Shown piece by piece: positions 63,778 through 64,000 of a stretch of 64,000 nt of DNA (the stretch's first letter is position 1; every line of letters begins with the position of its first letter). Where the stretch lies: NCBI GenBank assembly GCA_027310625.1, contig DAIDAM010000002.1, positions 65,123-129,122 of the forward strand, in the 5' to 3' direction. A program made the position numbers and the translations under genes. A model generated the notes under the pieces. The model did no database searches. It worked only from the letters and a program-made list of their open reading frames with translations, and had not been told where the DNA came from. Origin of the DNA: a bacterium (GTDB taxonomy: Bacteria; Patescibacteriota; Minisyncoccia; UBA6257; 2-01-FULL-56-20).

Positions 63778-64000
63778 ATGTTCTCAAGAGAAATTAAGAA
63801 AGCGTTTTTGGACGAAAAATCATTTACGCTTTTTGAGGTTATTATAACAGCCGCGGTGATTTCAATCCTTTCTTTGATGATTTTAACCGTTATAAATCCC
63901 GCGGAACTTCTTAAGCAATCAAGGGATTCAAGGAGATTGAACGACATTTCAAACATCAACGGCGCAGTCAGCGCTTACGCGAATGAAAATCCCGCAGTTT
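63778..64000 (+). CDS. Prepilin-type N-terminal cleavage/methylation domain protein (type IV pilin-like), 5' part; runs off the window end
   Basis: MFSREIKKAFLDEKSFTLFEVIITAAVISILSLMIL is prepilin leader-like (K/G-FTL-x-E followed by a hydrophobic helix). Confidence 0.55.
   Translation, partial: MFSREIKKAFLDEKSFTLFEVIITAAVISILSLMILTVINPAELLKQSRDSRRLNDISNINGAVSAYANENPAV

Overview
Sequence-only reading, no database searches. This 64-kb window looks like a chromosomal segment of a small-genome bacterium of Candidate Phyla Radiation (Patescibacteria) type: short housekeeping genes, no encoded CCA on most tRNAs, a prepilin-type gene at the end, and an rRNA gene carrying an intron with a homing endonuclease. 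Housekeeping content runs through cell-wall, translation, nucleotide and replication genes: murD (partial), cutA, lepA, an ABC-F ATPase, a rhodanese gene, pheS, a SAM methyltransferase, pheT, cca, two NUDIX genes, speH, a DUF4258/DUF2283 toxin-antitoxin pair, an unlinked 23S-5S rRNA unit with no 16S upstream, a SEDS-family rodA/ftsW homolog, mltG, a single in-frame rpoB-rpoC fusion ORF of 2273 aa, rpsF-ssb-rpsR, a PAP2 phosphatase, a GT39 glycosyltransferase, a metal ABC transporter (znuBC-like), dnaG-rpoD, alaS, pyrE-like/pyrF, dprA-topA, rel/spoT and a pilin-like gene. There are 8 confidently called tRNAs (Met x2, Gly, Pro, Ala, Ile, Val, plus an initiator-like Met) and several degenerate tRNA-like fragments. 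The most striking property is that at least four families of short palindromic or tandem-repeat mini-elements pervade the window. One family is a composite palindrome, (ACGCNGA)n followed by (TCNGCGT)n. It is inserted in frame in lepA, pheT (twice), cca and dnaG, with variant forms in murD, pheS and topA, twice in the 23S rRNA, and in the rpsF-ssb spacer. A second family is a MITE-like element with CCCGTTAGAAG termini and target-site-like duplications of about 5 bp. It sits exactly in the stop/start overlap of rodA-mltG, immediately upstream of the pheS start codon, and in frame inside the glycosyltransferase. The 23S rRNA gene is about 5.6 kb because it holds about 2.7 kb of insertions: six copies of a CGCGCGAAT...TTCGTAAATTCGTGCGATAG palindromic element, two other repeat families, tandem-heptamer tracts and an intron encoding a single-motif LAGLIDADG endonuclease at the I-CreI-type site. 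Several low-GC islets look accessory: tRNA-Gly plus ABC-F, the methyltransferase between pheS and pheT, the toxin-antitoxin cassette flanked by a perfectly duplicated terminator, and a tRNA cluster with an 18-bp direct repeat of the tRNA-Ile 3' end next to a GIY-YIG gene.
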